Origin: an uncultured Verrucomicrobiae bacterium
GTDB taxonomy: Bacteria > Verrucomicrobiota > Verrucomicrobiia > Chthoniobacterales > UBA10450
Length of the DNA stretch: 64,000 nt
Assembly: GCA_963801815.1 (NCBI GenBank)
Contig: CAWDGJ010000008.1
Location: 68,105-132,104 of the forward strand
Reading direction: 5' to 3'
In this document: piece after piece, positions 58,423 to 64,000 of the stretch
Layout of the letters: every line of letters starts with the position of its first letter
Numbering within the stretch: position 1 is the first letter of the stretch
Notes under the pieces: generated by a model
Told to the model about the DNA's origin: nothing
The model's database searches: none
The model's input: only the letters and a program-made list of their open reading frames with translations
Program-made: the position numbers and the translations under genes

Positions 58423-61311
58423 ATGACTATCTCTTGCTTCCCCGCCCAGCCCAGGTGTGCGGCCATTGTCTTCGTTTCTCTCTGCGCTCTGGCCGCTGTG
58501 CCGTCAGGTTTTGGAGGCGAAAAGCCGGTGTCCGGCAACGTACCCACTGCGGTCAAAATGCTTGTTTCGAACGGCGTGCCGGCGCCGACGAAGCAACTTA
58601 ACCTCGCCATCGGCCTACGGCTTCATAATTCGGATGAATTCAAGCAATTCCTTGTTGAACTGTACGATCCGGCGAGTCCCAACTATCTTCATTATTTAAC
58701 ACCGCAAGAGTTCACCGAGCGATTTGGGCCTTCCTCGGAAGAGTACGATGCTGTAACTCGATTCGCTGAGGCGCATGGTCTAACGGTGACGACACGGCAT
58801 CCGAACCGAATGGTGCTCGACGTCGCAGGCACAGTCTCAGATGTGGAAAAGGCTCTCCGCGTCACGATCCGGACTTATCAGCATCCAACAGAACCGCGGG
58901 ACTTCTATGCGTCCGATACCGATCCGACAGTTGACGCTGGTCTGCCGATTCTCAGTATCAGCGGATTAGACAACTACTCGATTCGAAAACCGAACTTGAA
59001 ACTCCGTCCGTCCGGCGTGATCTCAGGGATCTCTCCGAAACTGGGTTCGGGGCCAAGCGGCAGCTATATTGGCGATGATTTTCGATCGGCCTACGTGCCC
59101 GGCGTCTCGCTCACAGGAACGGGTCAGACCGTTGGCCTGGTTGAGTTTGATGGCTACCACGCAAGCGATATCACAGCCTACGAACAACAGGCAGGTCTCG
59201 CGGCTGTTCCTTTGCAAAATGTATTTGTCGATGGTTACAACGGCGCAGCTGGCTCGGCCAATTCAGAAGTTTGTCTCGATATCGAAGTAGCCGTCGCCTT
59301 GGCGCCAGAGCTGTCCAAAATCATCGTTTACGAAGCGCCAAATGGAAGTTCGTGGGTGGACATCCTGAACAGGATTGCGAACGACAACGCAGCGAAGCAA
59401 GTCAGCTGCTCCTGGGGCGGCGGCGGACCGGATGCGACGGCAGAGCAAATTTTTCAGGAAATGGCCGCCCAAGGCCAAAGTTTCTTCAATGCATCGGGCG
59501 ACGACGATGCTTTTACCGGAAGCATCCCATTCCCATCAGATAGTCCAAACATTGTGGAAGTAGGCGGAACCACTTTGAGCACGGTGTCCGGAGCGTGGTC
59601 GTCTGAAACGACATGGAACTGGGGTTTTTCGCGTGGCAGTTACACGGGCAGCGGAGGCGGTATTAGTCCCGTGTATTCAATTCCAGTATGGCAACAAGGG
59701 ATTGACATGAGCGCTAATCAAGGCTCGACAACGCGCCGTAACGTACCTGACGTGGCCTTAACGGCCGACAACGTTTACGTCACCTATAATAACGGTTCCT
59801 CGGGCGTCTTCGGTGGGACAAGCTGCGCTGCCCCCCTGTGGGCCGCATTCACCGCGCTGGTAAACCAACAAGCAGTAGCTAACAGCCGGCCACCGGTCGG
59901 TTTTCTCAATCCAGCAATTTACGCGATTGGAAAGGGTGCTAGCTACGCAACGAGGTTCCACGATATTGCCACTGGAAACAATATAACGAACCAAAGTGGC
60001 GGCAAATTCTCAGCTGTAAGCGGGTACGACCTTTGCACCGGCTGGGGGACACCGGTCGGCAGCAGCCTGATCAACGACCTAGCTGGAGCGGCTAACTCAA
60101 GTCCTACTCCGACGCCGACAACCACTCCTACCCCCACTGTGACTCCGACCCCTTCGCCCGGACCGGCAGTGATGACAAGTCCCGTTGCTGGTTCTGTGTT
60201 AACTGGCCCAACTGTTACGTTTCAGTGGACTGCTGGTAGTGCCACCTCTTATATCCTGACCATAGGTAGTTCGCTACACGGAGCGGATATCTACAATTCC
60301 GGTCAAACAACTGCGCAATCAAAGACCGTGAACAACATTCCTACCGACGGTCGAGCAGTGTTCGCGACTCTCTACTCTAAGGTAAATAATATCTGGTCAA
60401 ACAGCGCGTATACTTACACGGCTTCTAACGGAGCTCCAACTCCTACCCCCACAGCGAGCCCGACTGCTACTCCCACGGCGACGCCCACACCAACTCCGAC
60501 AGCTACGCCTACCCCAACCCCGACATCCGGCTCCGCAGTAATGGTTAGTCCGGCGCCGGGATCAACCTTTAGTGGCTCAACCGTTACGTTTCAATGGACT
60601 GCCGGCAGCGCCACAGCCTACATATTGACACTGGGCAGTACGGCAAAGGGTACCGACACCTATTCGTCAGGATTAGTGCATACATTGTCTGCGGTCGTTA
60701 ATAACCTTCCGACCGATGGCCGGGCTGTCTTTGCGACGCTCTACTCCCAAGTGAACAACGTTTGGCAAAATAACACCTACACCTATACGGCTTCCAACGG
60801 AGCTTCGACCCCAACTCCCACTCCGGTGCCCACGCCTACGCCTACTGCGACGCCCACTCCAACTGCCACGCCCACGCCAACACCAACACCGACTGCTACA
60901 CCAACACCGACGGCGACCCCAACTCCAACGCCGACGTCCGGTCCCGCAGTAATGGTTAGTCCGCCGCCGGGATCAACCTTTAGTGGCTCAACGATTACGT
61001 TTCAGTGGACCGCTGGCAGCGCCACAGGTTACATATTAACACTGGGCAGTTCGGCAAAGGGGATTGACATCTATTCGTCCGGAGTGATCCACACCTTGTC
61101 TACGGTCGTTAATAACATTCCGATCGATGGACGGACTATCTTTGCAACGCTCTACTCCCAGGTTAACAACGTTTGGCAAAGTAACGCCTACACCTATACG
61201 GCTTTCTCCAGCGGAGCTCCAACTCCTACACCCACTGCAACTCCATCTACGGCGACTCAAGCTCAGTACACGGAATCGGGTAAGAACGAAACGAAACCAG
61301 CGCGACACTAA
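58423..61311 (+). CDS. Secreted S53 (sedolisin/kumamolisin) protease with prodomain and three repeated C-terminal domains
   Basis: YLTPQEFTERFGP prodomain, EVCLDIE, ASGD, GGTSCAAP, GYDLCTGWGTP; PT linkers. Confidence 0.93.
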   Translation: MTISCFPAQPRCAAIVFVSLCALAAVPSGFGGEKPVSGNVPTAVKMLVSNGVPAPTKQLNLAIGLRLHNSDEFKQFLVELYDPASPNYLHYLTPQEFTERFGPSSEEYDAVTRFAEAHGLTVTTRHPNRMVLDVAGTVSDVEKALRVTIRTYQHPTEPRDFYASDTDPTVDAGLPILSISGLDNYSIRKPNLKLRPSGVISGISPKLGSGPSGSYIGDDFRSAYVPGVSLTGTGQTVGLVEFDGYHASDITAYEQQAGLAAVPLQNVFVDGYNGAAGSANSEVCLDIEVAVALAPELSKIIVYEAPNGSSWVDILNRIANDNAAKQVSCSWGGGGPDATAEQIFQEMAAQGQSFFNASGDDDAFTGSIPFPSDSPNIVEVGGTTLSTVSGAWSSETTWNWGFSRGSYTGSGGGISPVYSIPVWQQGIDMSANQGSTTRRNVPDVALTADNVYVTYNNGSSGVFGGTSCAAPLWAAFTALVNQQAVANSRPPVGFLNPAIYAIGKGASYATRFHDIATGNNITNQSGGKFSAVSGYDLCTGWGTPVGSSLINDLAGAANSSPTPTPTTTPTPTVTPTPSPGPAVMTSPVAGSVLTGPTVTFQWTAGSATSYILTIGSSLHGADIYNSGQTTAQSKTVNNIPTDGRAVFATLYSKVNNIWSNSAYTYTASNGAPTPTPTASPTATPTATPTPTPTATPTPTPTSGSAVMVSPAPGSTFSGSTVTFQWTAGSATAYILTLGSTAKGTDTYSSGLVHTLSAVVNNLPTDGRAVFATLYSQVNNVWQNNTYTYTASNGASTPTPTPVPTPTPTATPTPTATPTPTPTPTATPTPTATPTPTPTSGPAVMVSPPPGSTFSGSTITFQWTAGSATGYILTLGSSAKGIDIYSSGVIHTLSTVVNNIPIDGRTIFATLYSQVNNVWQSNAYTYTAFSSGAPTPTPTATPSTATQAQYTESGKNETKPARH

Positions 61312-61317
61312 CTCGAC

Positions 61318-61542
61318 TTATCCGATCTGGGTTCCTGCGTCGTTGTAAAATTCAATCTGGCGGCCGTCCAGCCGGCGGACGATTCGCCATCCCCGCGTCG
61401 CCGCGAAGGAACGAAGCTCTTTGTCAGTCATCTCGCGTAAAATCCGCAGCTCTGCCGGATGAATGATGGATATCTCCGATTTGATTGACAGCCTGGCCGC
61501 GATCTTCTCCGCTAGTCCACCCAGATTGTTATCTCCCGCCAT
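61318..61542 (-). CDS. Small hypothetical protein
   Basis: 74-aa ATG ORF filling the gap between genes. Confidence 0.5.
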   Translation of the reverse strand: MAGDNNLGGLAEKIAARLSIKSEISIIHPAELRILREMTDKELRSFAATRGWRIVRRLDGRQIEFYNDAGTQIG

Positions 61543-61613
61543 CCTTAGATAGTCGATCCATCAAAGCCCCGACGCAATTGGCGCAGTCAAGGTTCATCGG
61601 CTAAATTTCATCG

Positions 61614-61865
61614 ATGGTTTCCGATACAATCGAACTGCGCGGCCACATTATTGATTCGCTCACTTTGCCCAAGGTGCTCGATCAGATTGTGACCCGTGGC
61701 GCGACGTTTAACATTGTTGAATTCAAAATCGGCCAAAAACGGGCCGACCAAAGCCTTGCTCGAATCGAAATTACCGCGCCGACCAAAGCCGAGCTGGATG
61801 AATTGATCCAGCGTTTGCGCGAGCAGGGCGCGGAAGTAAAGCGCCCTCAACTCCGCGATCAGTAA
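61614..61865 (+). CDS. Stand-alone LOR/SDH N-terminal-like domain (ArgZ/AgrE middle domain)
   Basis: IELRGHIIDSLTLPKVLD...F.IG....S.ARI...AP. Confidence 0.75.
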   Translation: MVSDTIELRGHIIDSLTLPKVLDQIVTRGATFNIVEFKIGQKRADQSLARIEITAPTKAELDELIQRLREQGAEVKRPQLRDQ

Positions 61866-61876
61866 TTCTCGATCTT

Positions 61877-62692
61877 ATGCGCGAACTGTTGCTTTGCCCG
61901 CCGGATTACTACGGCATTGAGTACGAGATCAATCCGTGGATGAGTCGTGCGCGAGGCGCGGACGCGGCGCTGGCGCAAGAACAGTGGAAGGGCTTGCATG
62001 AAGCGCTCTCGAAACTCGACACGAAGATCGATCTCGTCCCGCCGCAGCCGAAGCTTCCCGACATGGTTTTCACGGCTAATGCCGGACTCACGGTGGGCCG
62101 GAAATTCATTCCCAGTAATTTTCGCCATAAGGAGCGCGCCGGTGAAGCGCCCCATTTCGCGCGCTGGATGGAAGAGCGCGGCTATCAGATCGCCTGGTTA
62201 TCAAAGGATTATTATTTTGAAGGCGAAGGCGACGCGCTTTTTGCGGGTGAAACGCTTTTCTGCGGCTACAAGTTTCGTTCCGACATCAAATCGCACCGCG
62301 CCGTGGCGGAAATGCTGGGATGCCTCGCCGTGTCAGTGGAACTTTCCGATCCTCGATTCTACCACCTCGACACCTGTTTCTGCCCGTTGCCTGACGGCGC
62401 GGCAGTCTGGTTCCCCGCGGCATTCGACGAGTACGGACAGCACGCCATCCGCGAACATGTTTCCGACCTGGTCGAAGTCGCTCCGGAGGAAGCCATGCAT
62501 TTCTGCTGCAACGCGGTAGTCATCGAACGAGACATCGTTTTACCCGAGGGCGCACCGAAGTTGGTGGAGACTTTGAAAGACCGAGGATATCGCTGCCATC
62601 AACTGCCGATGACTGAGTTTCTGAAGGCTGGCGGCGCATGTAAATGCCTGACCATGTTCATGCCGCAACGCGATCAAATCAGTGACGAGTGA
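61877..62692 (+). CDS. Amidinotransferase-fold enzyme, ArgZ-like arginine dihydrolase domain
   Basis: YEINPWM, PDMVFTANAG, FEGEGD, FYHLDTCFCPL, EFLKAGGACKCLT. Confidence 0.85.
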   Translation: MRELLLCPPDYYGIEYEINPWMSRARGADAALAQEQWKGLHEALSKLDTKIDLVPPQPKLPDMVFTANAGLTVGRKFIPSNFRHKERAGEAPHFARWMEERGYQIAWLSKDYYFEGEGDALFAGETLFCGYKFRSDIKSHRAVAEMLGCLAVSVELSDPRFYHLDTCFCPLPDGAAVWFPAAFDEYGQHAIREHVSDLVEVAPEEAMHFCCNAVVIERDIVLPEGAPKLVETLKDRGYRCHQLPMTEFLKAGGACKCLTMFMPQRDQISDE

Positions 62693-62706
62693 TCTGTGAC
62701 AAGCCA

Positions 62707-64000
62707 TCAGTTTCCGCGCTTCGAGGTCAGTGCTGCCTGAATCTTCGATAATGGCAGACAATTCACGACGTTCTCTTTCGTCAGCCAACCTTTGCGCGCA
62801 ATGCCAACACCGAACCAGAGATCCTGCAACCGTTCAGTCCGATGCGCGTCCGGATCGATCACGCATTTCACGCCTTTCGCCTTCGCCAACGGCCACCATC
62901 GCCAGTCGAGATCGAGTCGTTTCGGCGCGGCGTTGAGCTCTATCCACGTGCCGGTCGCAGCTGCAGCCTCGATTACTGCCGGAATATCGATGGAATAGGG
63001 CTCCCGCTTCAGCAGCAACCGGCCTGTCGGATGCGCCAGAATAGTAACGAACGGGTTCTCCATCGCGCGAATAACGCGCCTGGTCATCTCGGCTTCGGAC
63101 AGATTGAAAACCGAATGGACCGACGCCACTACGAAATCCAATTCGGACAGAATCTCGTCGTCAAAATCGAGTTTCCCGTCGCGCAGGATGTCGCATTCGA
63201 TACCGGCGAATAAATGGAACCCGCTGAACTTCTTGTTCAACTTTCTAATCGTTGCGACTTGCGATTTTAGTTTCGCCTCATCGATCCCATGTGCCTGAAT
63301 CGAGCTCTTGCTGTGGTCGGCCATCCCCCAGGTATTCCAGCCCAAGCTCTTGTGCGGCCGCCGCCATTTCCTCCAACGTGTTGTGACCGTCGCTCGCAAT
63401 GGTGTGGCAGTCGAGGACGTCCCGCACAGATTCTCTTTTTCGAGTAACTTCGGCAGCAAATGCTTCTCCGCGGCCTCGAATTCACCGCAGTTCTCGCGTA
63501 ATTCCGGCGGAATGAAATCGAGCCCGAGCGCGCGATACAAATCGGCTTCCTCTCGAACCGTTGGGATCTTGATCGTCGGTCGTTTAACTGCCCGTCCGCC
63601 TTGGACTTTCGTTTTCGGATCAGGCTGCAACTGCGCCAGCCGGTATTCATTCAAGGTCCAGCTTCGCGCGAGTGCGCGACTGCGCATCTCGATGTTGTGT
63701 TCCTTGCTGCCGGTAAAATAGTCTAAGCGCAAATGGATATTCAGCTGAGCTAACGACTCGCAAATCGCATTGAATCCCTGAGCGCAACCGCACACTCGTC
63801 TTGGTCGGCCCCTGGGCAATGATCGACTCGACCAGCGGGTGTTTGCTGAACCACTGCGTGATCGCGGCAGGCTTCTTGGTCGCGACGACAAGATCTACAT
63901 CGCGCACGATTTCCCGCCGCCGCCGATAACTTCCGGCCAGGGCATCGACCTGCAGCACATCGGGATGCGCCGCCAGTTCGCGCTGCAGCACCTCGGTGTC
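62707..64000 (-). CDS. polX: DNA polymerase X / PHP fusion (5' partial, several frameshifts)
   Basis: AGSYRR...[38 protein letters not shown]. Confidence 0.92.

Noticed and set aside
1..64000. tRNA, rRNA, prophage or IS genes
   Set aside because: No cloverleaf/T-loop signatures, rRNA tracts, phage or transposase ORFs recognised by eye; tRNAscan-SE and Infernal were not run.

Overview
Gene-dense bacterial chromosome segment. Protein content and style suggest soil Verrucomicrobiota (Chthoniobacterales/Spartobacteria-like), which is inference only. It carries core genes (efp, argS, gap-pgk-tpiA, rpsO-pnp, glmM, scpB, rpoA-rplQ, carB, thiG, polX), envelope and secreted enzymes, a sigma-54 two-component pair, and arginine/polyamine enzymes including a split ArgZ-like pair. 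I found no rRNA, tRNA, CRISPR array, transposase, integrase or prophage. From about 31.9 kb onward many genes, including essential ones, contain frameshifts, most likely long-read consensus errors. The most striking signal is non-genic: many gene junctions hold short hairpin elements from several families (GTAG-type REP doublets, a GGTGGATC-ended 88-bp element, three-hairpin elements, and inverted arrays of 7-, 9- or 6-bp periodic repeats). These often supply stop codons and in several cases lie in frame inside proteins or their signal peptides.
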